In this document: positions 12,372 to 22,598 of the stretch, piece after piece
Position numbering within the stretch: position 1 is the stretch's first letter
Layout of the letters: the number at the start of each line of letters is the position of its first letter
NCBI GenBank assembly: GCA_025786725.1
Contig: JAHLTZ010000021.1
Span: 372,001 to 436,000, forward strand
DNA length: 64,000 nucleotides
DNA from: Syncephalis fuscata S228
Taxonomy: Eukaryota; Fungi; Zoopagomycota
Direction of reading: 5' to 3'
The notes under the pieces: generated by a model
Told to the model about the DNA's origin: nothing
The model's database searches: none
The model's input: the letters and a program-made list of their open reading frames with translations, nothing else
Made by a program: the position numbers and the translations under genes

Positions 12372-12425
12372 ATGGGACGTCGATGTGTAAGGGTAACGAC
12401 GTCCCACCCCAAGTAAATCCCTTAT
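12362..12425 (+). promoter_or_regulatory. Predicted -1 ribosomal frameshift signal (G_GAA_AAC plus stem-loop/pseudoknot)
   Basis: Heptamer at 12362-12368 directly before the gag TAA; 10-bp stem 12373-12382/12397-12406; loop TAAGGG can pair with CCCTTA at 12419-12424. Confidence 0.75.
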
Positions 12426-15400
12426 CGACCATATCCGCAATTAATGTTGCTTCCGCTACCACATTATTGCAGGATGGAACGATTAATGGACATATGGTAT
12501 CGATGTTAATTGATACGGGTGCTGAACGAACGGTTATTTCTAGCGCTATATGTAGAAATATTGGCCTTGTCTTAGGCCCGTTCACTGATTCATTCGTTAG
12601 ATTAGCTGATGGCCGACACGCTAACACTCGTGGCCACTCCTTGGTGGATATCGAAATAGCTAGCGTTGTTCGGAAGGTTAAAGCAATAGTATTAGATACT
12701 TCCCCGTATCCAGTATTATTAGGCATGGATTGGTTATCCGCCGCTGGTGCCAGCATTGATTGCGCAGCTGGCAAATTGTTTATTGATGGCCAATCCATTG
12801 ACATGAAATTGTCCAACACTCCATCGCACGGTATACATGTAGTTGCCGTGGCTGGAAAAGTCCGTAATGGCCGGATACTTTCTAAGTTACAACAGCACTT
12901 AGTAAGACGGGATATCCGACCTACCGAGCAAGTTGATAATGCCGTGGTATCATTGGCACTATCCCAACTACCTCGAGTAGATCTGTCTGAGTCCATCCGA
13001 CTAGCCCGACTCAACAAACTGTTACTGGAATATACGGATCTATTCGCGGTAAATCCGAATAATCCACAAGCAGCTACTAGAGTTCGCCATACCATTAGTA
13101 CTGGTGACTCTAAACCCATTAATACTCCTCCGTACCGTTCTGCTTACCGTCAACGTGAAAAGATAACTGAAGCCATTAACGATATGCTTGAGAATGGCAT
13201 TATTGAACCATCTCGCAGTCCTTGGTCATCTCCAGTTGTCCTTGTTGGTAAGAAAGATGGTGGTGAACGTTTTTGTGTCGATTATCGTAAATTGAACGAC
13301 GCCACTAAGAAGGATTCATATCCTACGACTCGCATTGATGATGCACTAGATATGTTATCTGGTGCCTGTTGGTTTACTACTTTGGACCTTGCCTCTGGCT
13401 ATTGGCAAATCCAAATGAACGAAGCAGACAAGGAAAAGACAGCCTTTGTTACACATGCTGGCCTATATCAATTCCGTGTCATGCCATTTGGCTTATGCAA
13501 CGCGCCAGCGACCTTTCAACGATTAATGGACGAAGTATTGGCTGGTCTGAAGTGGCATTCATGTATTGTTTACTTAGACGATATTATTGTATTTGGTAGG
13601 ACGTTTGATGAACACCTACAACGTCTACGAACAGTTTTTAATCGTCTACGCGATGCTGGACTTCGCCTTAAACGTAGCAAATGTCACTTTGGCCAACAAC
13701 AAATAGCCTATCTTGGCCATGTCGTGAATGCTAATGGTGTTAAACCAGACCCAGATAAAGTCGCTGCTGTGCATAATTTCCCTCGCCCTACTGATATACG
13801 TGGCTGTAAAAGTTTCCTTGGTCTTGCATCCTATTATCGACGCTTTATTAGCCGTTTTGCCGAACGAGCCGAGCCCATTCGTCGCCTTGAGAAGAAAGGT
13901 ACACCCTTCGTGTGGTCAGACGAACAACAAACCGCCTTCGATGATTTACGCACTACATTGACTAGTGATACTGTGTTAGCTTATCCAACACTATCTAAGC
14001 CGTTTCGAATTGAAACTGATGCTTCTACTTACGGTTTGGGCGCAGTATTATCGCAACAAATCGACGATGGATGGCGACCGATTGCTTATGCCAGTAGAGC
14101 GTTGAATGATGCACAAAAGAACTATTCAGCTACCGAATGCGAATGTATGGCTATTGTATGGGCCATAGAGAAGTTCCGACCTTATATATACGGTAGTGAA
14201 TTTACAGTAGTCACTGATCACTCAGCTCTACGTTGGTTAATGTCACGACCCAATCCAACTGGTCGACTTGGCCGTTGGGCATTGAAGTTACAGGAATACC
14301 GTCCGACTATCGAATATAGGCGTGGTACTGCCAATGCCAATGCAGATGCCTTGTCACGAGATCCGTTGCCATGGCACGAACTAGTTGAACTAGCTGAACA
14401 AGACAAAGTAGAAGAAGTAATGCACATAGCTGAAAATACAACACCGTTGCTACCAACTGAAGAAGAATGGGTATATGCACAACAAACAGAGTTAACTACT
14501 GCTGATGTATATGCTTATTTACAACAAGGTGCTGAGTATATGACGCTAATGTCCGATGCTAGTCGGCGTGCTTTACGAAAACGTGCTAAACGCTTTGAGC
14601 TAGTGACTGGTCGGTTGAAGAGGAAGGTTATGAAAGGCGATGTGATGACAGAGTTGTTGGATGTTGTGCCTAATCAATATCGACCTATAGTTCTATATCA
14701 TTGTCATGATAAAGAATTAGCTGGTCATTTGGGTATTACTCGTACTTACCAACGACTACGTCAGAGCTACTGGTGGCAGAATATGCATAGTGATGTATGC
14801 GACTATGTGACATCGTGCACAGTATGTCAGAAGATACGACGAATACACCAACGATCTGGATTATTACAATCACTACCAGTGCCAGAAAAGCCATTCGACT
14901 TTATTGCCATCGACCTTATGGGTCCATTTACTGAGTCTGAACATGGTAATAAGTACGTAGCTGTATGCTGTGATTACACCACGCGTTGGATTGAAGCCGC
15001 TGCTATCCCAGATGCAACTGCAGAAACTACAGTACAGTTCCTGATGAATAACGTTATTGCTAGACACGGCATGCCTAGTGTACTACTTACTGATGGTGGT
15101 ACTAACTTTACATCTGGATTAACTGCCGGTATTGCGAAACGACTTGGCATACAGCGACGGATTACCTCCGCACGACGTCCACAGACTGACGGACTAGTTG
15201 AGCGTTTTAATCATACACTTGCATCGATGATCGCTAAGTTCACTAGTGATTTCGAAAAAGATTGGGATAAATATCTACCCCTGCTATTGTTTGCATACAG
15301 AACAACGAAACAGTCATCCGCTGGCCACTCACCATTTCAGTTACTATTCGGCCGAGAGGCGACTCAGCCATTAGAAGTAGCAGTTGGCCCTGTTTCAACG

Positions 15401-15910
15401 GCTCCAGTTCGGTTCCATAAGAGAGTAGAAGAATATGAGGAATACGTCACCGATCTGCAACTCCGACTCAATGATGTCAGGGAAAGAGCCAAGTTAATGA
15501 TTGAAGCGGCCCAACGTCGGCAGTCGGCTAGGTATAATAAAGGAAGAAGAAAAGAACCATTTAAAGAAGGTGACTTAGTGTGGATAGAAGAACAACTACT
15601 AAAAGGTACGAAGTTGAGAAAGATGAAAGAAAGAATGAAAGGTCCTTTTAAAGTGATAGAACAAACGTCAGCTGTCAACTACAGACTCAAGGATTTGGAA
15701 ACACAAAGAATGTTTTCAGAACACGCTGATCGAATAATTCCACTTCACACACGACCTGCCCATTTATTATTACCCAACATATCAATTAACCAAATATCAT
15801 TATCTAACCTTTCCACTAATTCACTTAATGTGTCAACGGGACGTTCGACACTTAGTGAGGGAGTGATGTGGCGACATATTCAGAACACGTGGTACACGGG
15901 TACCACGTAA
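12362..15910 (+). CDS. pol: Retrotransposon Pol (protease, RT, RNase H, integrase), in the -1 frame relative to gag
   Basis: LIDTGA protease; RT with RFCVDYRKLN, MPFGL, YLDD; RNase H ETDAS...TDH; integrase HHCC (HLG..RT...CTVC), DDE core and GPF motif; no chromodomain. The frame is open from the slippery site at 12362, and the stop lies inside the 3' LTR. Confidence 0.97.
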   Translation, partial: GKLNGTSMCKGNDVPPQVNPLSTISAINVASATTLLQDGTINGHMVSMLIDTGAERTVISSAICRNIGLVLGPFTDSFVRLADGRHANTRGHSLVDIEIASVVRKVKAIVLDTSPYPVLLGMDWLSAAGASIDCAAGKLFIDGQSIDMKLSNTPSHGIHVVAVAGKVRNGRILSKLQQHLVRRDIRPTEQVDNAVVSLALSQLPRVDLSESIRLARLNKLLLEYTDLFAVNPNNPQAATRVRHTISTGDSKPINTPPYRSAYRQREKITEAINDMLENGIIEPSRSPWSSPVVLVGKKDGGERFCVDYRKLNDATKKDSYPTTRIDDALDMLSGACWFTTLDLASGYWQIQMNEADKEKTAFVTHAGLYQFRVMPFGLCNAPATFQRLMDEVLAGLKWHSCIVYLDDIIVFGRTFDEHLQRLRTVFNRLRDAGLRLKRSKCHFGQQQIAYLGHVVNANGVKPDPDKVAAVHNFPRPTDIRGCKSFLGLASYYRRFISRFAERAEPIRRLEKKGTPFVWSDEQQTAFDDLRTTLTSDTVLAYPTLSKPFRIETDASTYGLGAVLSQQIDDGWRPIAYASRALNDAQKNYSATECECMAIVWAIEKFRPYIYGSEFTVVTDHSALRWLMSRPNPTGRLGRWALKLQEYRPTIEYRRGTANANADALSRDPLPWHELVELAEQDKVEEVMHIAENTTPLLPTEEEWVYAQQTELTTADVYAYLQQGAEYMTLMSDASRRALRKRAKRFELVTGRLKRKVMKGDVMTELLDVVPNQYRPIVLYHCHDKELAGHLGITRTYQRLRQSYWWQNMHSDVCDYVTSCTVCQKIRRIHQRSGLLQSLPVPEKPFDFIAIDLMGPFTESEHGNKYVAVCCDYTTRWIEAAAIPDATAETTVQFLMNNVIARHGMPSVLLTDGGTNFTSGLTAGIAKRLGIQRRITSARRPQTDGLVERFNHTLASMIAKFTSDFEKDWDKYLPLLLFAYRTTKQSSAGHSPFQLLFGREATQPLEVAVGPVSTAPVRFHKRVEEYEEYVTDLQLRLNDVRERAKLMIEAAQRRQSARYNKGRRKEPFKEGDLVWIEEQLLKGTKLRKMKERMKGPFKVIEQTSAVNYRLKDLETQRMFSEHADRIIPLHTRPAHLLLPNISINQISLSNLSTNSLNVSTGRSTLSEGVMWRHIQNTWYTGTT
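15854..15866 (+). promoter_or_regulatory. Polypurine tract
   Basis: AGTGAGGGAGTGA immediately upstream of the 3' LTR. Confidence 0.75.
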
Positions 15911-16059
15911 TCGATGTGTCAAGCCAGCTATAAAAGCTGGAATATTTACATTTATTAATAAAGTAGTTAAATCCTAAGAAAAACCTTTTATTACAAGATC
16001 CTAGTGTTTTATCTACCTTGCCGTATTACTCAGTCCCCCTTCATAATAGTAATACGACA
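15867..16059 (+). repeat. 3' LTR (193 bp)
   Basis: Identical by eye to 10563-10755; followed by TSD ATGAC. Confidence 0.97.
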
Positions 16060-16257
16060 ATGACCAATAGATAGAACACACACACACACACACAAATAAA
16101 CATTCATGTTCGTTATTTGGAATTCTATCATCATTACACTCCCATTGACCAAAGTCTTGTTTTTATTCTACTACTTGCTTGTTCTATCTATCAGCCAGCT
16201 GTATTATTGTCATTTTGACGTTTAGACGTGTCTATTTCCATATATACATGTGTCAGT

Positions 16258-19200
16258 ATGGCACAGCCCGATCGCGCCGATGTAGAACACCATGTAGAGG
16301 CAGCACTACGGTTTCCACGTCTATCTCCATTACGAACCGTTAGTCGGGCATTAAGTCCACGTATTGCCGTTGTATCCTCGGCTGATGTGGACGATATTTG
16401 TCAACGGTCGCGTCTCCATTCGCTCGCTGACCTCCTACTGCCATTTGGTGACTTGGTCGACGGTAAAGGTAAGTATATCGACTTGAAAGCTACTCGATAT
16501 TAATAAATCCTATGGGTATTCTATTCAAACGCTTAGTATCGGTACGGGATTTAGGTGGTGTACCGTCAACACTCGATGGATTTCATGTACGATTTGCCGA
16601 TTTGACCCAACTTGAAGAACCAAATTCATGGGCCGTTGACTGGGTAACAATGCAGATAGCCCGTCACCAACAGTCAAGTGATATAGGCAGTCAAGGTACA
16701 ACGATGAATATACGAGATGCCAAAGATGTAACGCCAGAATATCGATCAGGTAAGTTTAAATAGAAATAGGATAGAATATAGTGTTTTAATATATATATAT
16801 ATATATATTAATAGTACCGTTGGAGAATATGACACCATGGTATCGTGATTTCCGTAACATCTATCTCGAATATGCTGGAGCCACCGAACATGAATCATTT
16901 GGTCATCCTGTAGCCTGTATCCTTTAATACATTTGTTATTATTAATAATTAGACATCTTTAACCCAAATGTACTAATTAGGTGTTATTGCTGTATCTTCA
17001 CTTCATCCAGATCCTATTGAGGCATTAGGACGTCTTTATGAAGCTCAAAAAGTGGCATTATTTGATAAAGGATTTGTAGATCCAAATATTCTTAAATACT
17101 ATGTACTTGTACATGATTGTCAATTAGGTGATTTCACAAAGTAAGTAATCCATATTAATAACACATTAATTATTAATTAATTAATTATTAAATATTTATT
17201 ATTAGATCACTCGCTTTATTTGAACGTATGCGTAAACAATTGGGTGCCCATTGTCATTTACTTAAACTGGGTGCTGCTCTTAATGATGAATTGGCACCTG
17301 ATATCTGGGCACCTTATAGATCTCGTCGATGGCTTATTGATAATGCACCATCAGCTGATTGGAAGTCACTATCCTATCATTCATCCGATTCAATGATTCT
17401 ACCTTCAGATAGTGGGGAGGACAGTTTACATTCAACGCGTACCAAGACTGTATCACCGCCTATGAGTGGTGGTGGATTATTGTCGCCTATCGGTGGTAGT
17501 TCAAATAGATCTATTCATGAACGGCCATCGTTGCGTAATGTAGATAGTCTTGAAGAATTACAGCCGGCACCATTAATTGCCGCAGCTGATGTTGATTCTG
17601 TACGATTAATGATACGTGAACTAGTTGTACAAAGTCTTATTCCCTACATGGAGCGTAACATTCAACACTGGAACGAACAAGTAAGTAGTTACCATTAGTA
17701 TTTTGTACATACTTGTGTATTTATATATTGATAGGTGGCTAGTGGTCGACGAGGTGTAGCTGGTAGATTATTTAGTGCAGGTCGACGATTTTTTGGTCAT
17801 CAAGCAAAAACAAGCTCAGTTGGACAAATTCAAGCAACTCATCGTGGAAGTGCCGATTTTACAACACCACAAGATCTAGCGACTGTGTATGTAATATTAA
17901 ATAGATACTATATATAAATATATATTAATATTAACATATATATATATATATATATATATATTGTAGATACAACTATTTATCGCCAGAAATGCAATTGCGT
18001 CGACAAGCCGACTTTTCTTTTATGTTGGGTGATTATCGATCAGCTTTATCCGTCTATGATACGTTGAAGCGTGATTTCTCAATAGAAAAGGCGTGGAAAC
18101 ATGTAGCCAGTGCTCAAGTAATTAATACGAATGACACTATATATTAGTGTATTAATAGCGTATAATAATATTATAGGAAATGATGGGTATGTGTGAGTTA
18201 ATTCTTGGTAATGGTGATCGATATGATGCCGAATATAATCTGGATCAAGTGATCAATATTTATGTACAACGAGCACGTAATGGTGAATGTGCTACCAGAG
18301 CGGCCATTCTTCATTATGAACTATTCAGATATGCAAATATGTATCATGAAGCAGCACATGCCCTACTTAAATCTACCGATGAAGTAAGTTATCGTATATT
18401 ATAGTAGTTAATCCTTATTAGTATTATTGTAGTCATCCAATCTTCGATGTGCACTATTTCTAGAACAAGCAGCCCATAGCTTTTCACGAGCTATACCACC
18501 CAAAGTACGCAAATACGCATTTAGTCTTGTATTAGCAGGTCATCGATATAGTAAAGAGGAATTGGTAATTATATACTATTAATCAATACTATCCGCCTAT
18601 TAATACACCATCTATACTATATAATAGCGTGATCGAGCATTTAGATGCTATGAACTAGCATCGGCCGTATTTGATGAAAAGTCATGGCGTAATGTTGAGA
18701 ACCATATTCATTTTGCACTAGGAAGACAAGCATTCCACCAAGAAATGCTTACCACTGCATTAGAACATTTTGTTAAACTATTCCATGAAAGTGATCAAAG
18801 TGCAACTGTACAAACATCTTATTTACGGGAATTTCTATATATTTGTCAGGTAACTCTCTTTATATATACATATATATTAATGATATGAATAGTAATCGTG
18901 TATTAATAATATATAATAGAGTTATACGACGCGGTATAATAAGGATCCATTGGCTGAAGCATCGCTTACCCTGCCTATCCCCATAATTGATGACCAACTT
19001 GTAACAGTTACTTTACCTAATTGTCAAGTACGACGTGAAGAATCAGATGATGATGCCTGGCAAACACTGGAAGCGGCCTTTTCAACCGAGGCCAGTCCAG
19101 CGATAGCATTGGGCGAACAACGTCGACCCACCTGTGCTGTAGGCGGTTAGTAATAATAGTGTATATATATACATATATTAACATAGATTCATAGAATCGG

Positions 19201-21890
19201 TGGTAGTCAATTTCGAGATATATAATCCATTAAGAGTGACATTAAAACTAAGTAATATTGCCCTTGAATGTGTTCATGAAGAGAACGCCGATGCTGATGG
19301 CACCACATCTTCACAACAATATAATTCATTTGAACTGAAAAGACCGGATGATGAAGCAAATACCACCTCTTCAATGATTACGCTTGAGTACTTTCAACTA
19401 GAGAATATTTGGGAAACAAATCTACAACCACGAGAACGTAGAAAGGTAGGTTATACCAACGATTAACTAACCAACTATTTACTAATAGAATTGTTAATAG
19501 ATGACATTAAAGTTAATTCCCAAGAAGGAAGGGGTCATTCAAATTATTGGACTACGTTATACGCTTGATGACATTGTTGTTGGTTATAAAAAGTTTTGGA
19601 AACGAGGTCGACGTCTTAATACAACAAAGGCTGAACGGTCTCAACAGTTGTATGCACCAGATACATCATTGAATCTACTAGTGACACCGCCTATGCCATT
19701 ACTGGATGTTACAGTTAAACAATTCCCGGCCAACATGTTATCAGGAGAAGTGGTACAGTCTACACTGACCATTACTAATGGCGGTGAACGAGACTTAAAA
19801 CATTTAAGAGTTGTTTCAAGTCATCCGACAATGCTGTATATTGGTACGGCGGCCCTGGTTGGTACACCGGCCTATCGTAATAATAGCAATAATAATGATA
19901 GCAATAATGATAATGAACAACAAAGACCCACCGATGAAGAATGGCAAATGGTGGACAATGCACTAACTGAACAACGATATGTAGAGATTCCATTCCAGAA
20001 TGGAGATGAATCTGAACAATGGTTAAGACCAGGTGCCTCTGTTACATTACCATTATGGGTAAGAGCAGATCGTATTGGTAGACATACTCTACGTCTACTC
20101 TTCCACTATCAATCAGAGGTAATATACATATATACATATATATATATATAGTTAATAATATATATTAATGGTTTATTAGGAGAGTAAAGTAAAGATGCGT
20201 AGTCGTACATCACGTTATACACTAGAGACACAAGTATTACCTTCACTAAGAGTTAATGCATTTACCCGAGCGAGTACACAAAGTCTTCATGAATATATAC
20301 TAGGTTTAGAGGTAATTAACTAATTAATTAATTAATTAATTAATTAATAGAATATATTCATCTAATAATATACTAGGCTGAAAGTCTACAAGCGAGTGCT
20401 GATCTATTAATTACTCAAATATCATTAACAAGTGCCAAATGGCGTATTGAGCCAATTAGTGCATCAGTAGCTGAACAAGAGTAAGTAATAACGATATACT
20501 AATATTGATATATTAATATTGATATATTAATGTTATGGTTATGGTTATTAGAACACTACGTCTATTTTCACGACAGACACTTTATGCCTATTATCGTATT
20601 CGTAGATTATCATTTGATGATAATGAAGAGGATGACGATAGTGGTAAAGAGAGTGAAACAACGATATCACCCGAACGATATACACAGACCTGTCTTGAAC
20701 GTATGGAACAAGAAGGCGATGAACCACCCACCTCTACTAATGCCAATACAAAGACACGACCTGTACCAACACCACCACCATTAAGAGTTACGACATCGTA
20801 TATTAGTTTTGATGGATCAGAATTACTATCTACTATTGAGCCTATTTCACCATTATTCCTACAGTCTAAATTACAATGGCGTCGATTGGTCTTGTCTAAT
20901 GCATTAGGGAATCTATTTGATCGAGCAGTTAATGCATTTACCCTATTTGTATTTGGTGAAATTGATTTAACGGTATTCTGGCAAGTACCACGTCAAGGTC
21001 GATTTGGACATCATCATATTCTAGGCATTAATCTATCAAGTTCATCGGGACGTGATGGAGATGTCACGAATATGTCTGGATCAATGAGTGGTGGTGCCAA
21101 TAGTAGTGGCAATAGTGGAAGTGGTATTGGTGGTGGCAATAGTGGAGGTAATGGCGGTAGCAGTATTGGTGGTGGTGGTGGTAGTTCTCTATCTAGACGA
21201 TCGAGTACCGTGTCAAAACGACGTAGTCTTAGTATGTTAAGTGTTCGTACTTCATCATTGACTAAGCGCAATAGTATTTTAAGTGTGGCTAGTCGTATGA
21301 CCCTATCGGTTGAAGATCCGATTAAAGTACTTGTTGAATCACCTAGTGAAATACTACATGATTTTACTACTCAAGGGTAAGTTGGTATAATTATTATTGT
21401 TATTATTAGTATAAACATTGGTTTATTTTAGATTATGTATACTTGAAATGGCTATTTCATTTAAGAATTGTGCTATTGGTCAGATTGAATTTACATTGGA
21501 ATTGGAAGAAGCGGATGAAGCATTTGCTCAACGACCAGAAACAGGGTAAGTAGTTAAAAGATAATTGGGTATAATTTATTTATATTTAATGATAGGGCAC
21601 CGATTGCTAAATCAGATGCTAGTCCGGCTCGTTTCGATTGGATTGGTGTTACGCAATTGACGGGTATTTTAGAGGAGAATGAAGAGCGAGTACTTCGCGT
21701 ACAAGCTTGTTTCTCCCAACCAGGGGTCTATAATCTTAATCGATGGCGTATGACGGTTGCTGTCATATCACCCATATCCAATCTCTATCACGATATGAAT
21801 GGTCCAAGTACAACAGCTGATCGATCTACCTTTTCCGAGACACCATCTCTGCCTCACTATGTTACTGTGAACCATAACCGTGCTCAATAA
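16258..21890 (+). CDS. TRS85: TRAPP III subunit Trs85/TRAPPC8, multi-exon
   Basis: Spliced motifs TPWYRDFR...HESFGHPVACVIAVSS, ELVVQSLIPYMERNIQHWNEQVASGRRG, SPEMQLRRQADFSFMLGDY, ALFLEQAA...RKYAFSLVLAGHRY, RGRRLNTTKAER...YAPD, PGVYNL. Confidence 0.92.
16917..16980 (+). other. Candidate U12-type (minor) GT-AG intron in TRS85
   Basis: Donor GTATCCTTT; branch-like TCTTTAAC at 16956-16963. Removal restores HPVAC|VIAVSS. Confidence 0.75.
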
Positions 21891-22060
21891 TATTAATAAT
21901 ATATAATATATAATATATAATATTGAAATGTGATTTGTGTGTGTGTGTTATATAATGAACACGTAATTCATTCATTATAATCATCAGCATCATCATTATT
22001 CAGTAGTTATTTTATTTGTTTATCGAATACTATACTGATTATTATTGTTACTTTGTCATC

Positions 22061-22507
22061 ATGGTATGTACTAGCTATGTTCATTGCTATATTCCTATTT
22101 ATTTAACTTTGTATGCAATATAATAGTCGGCATTGTTTAACTTTCAAAGTTTATTGTTTGTCATTCTACTGGTGATCTGTACAAGTACTTATCTTCGTGC
22201 TCAGGTATATAGTAAAGAGTTGATGTGTCGTTTATTAACCAGCCAACCATGTATTGACTAGACACCCGCCCTTATTGATCGCAATAAACAAGGGTAAATA
22301 TACTAGCAATTAGGTAATAGTAGTCCATAGATTAATATAGTGTGTAGATTTCTTGGTTTATTCTGGAAAGCAGCAAGGATAGGCAAGTTACTGGTCATAG
22401 ATAGGATATATAGTATTTAATATTCATTGTTAAATATAGGAGAGCGATTAAGTTTCTACGTGGCATTATCGTGTGTGGCCATGGCAATTAGTGTAATCAT
22501 TCAATAG
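22061..22507 (+). CDS. KSH1: Protein Kish (TMEM167/Ksh1), 5 exons, absent from the ORF track
   Basis: Splices to [71 protein letters not shown]. First coding exon is ATG only; last intron is GC-AG (22383-22439). Confidence 0.93.
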
Positions 22508-22598
22508 GCATGATAGCTAGCTATACACATAGTCATTTATAAGAGGGATATATATAAACGCATTTAATAATCTATTATTCGTTATTGTCGTAGCTTGA

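Larger units (their letters stand above)
10563..16059 (+). mobile_element. Intact Ty3/Gypsy LTR retrotransposon (5497 bp) with 5-bp TSD ATGAC
   Basis: TG...CA LTRs at 10563-10755 and 15867-16059; ATGAC at 10558-10562 and 16060-16064; PBS, PPT, gag, and pol in PR-RT-RH-IN order. Confidence 0.97.

Noticed and set aside
12238-13119. 293-aa antisense ORF across the gag-pol junction
   Set aside because: It lies in the antisense frame sharing third positions with pol, which is naturally stop-poor, and has no recognisable motifs; treated as a shadow ORF.
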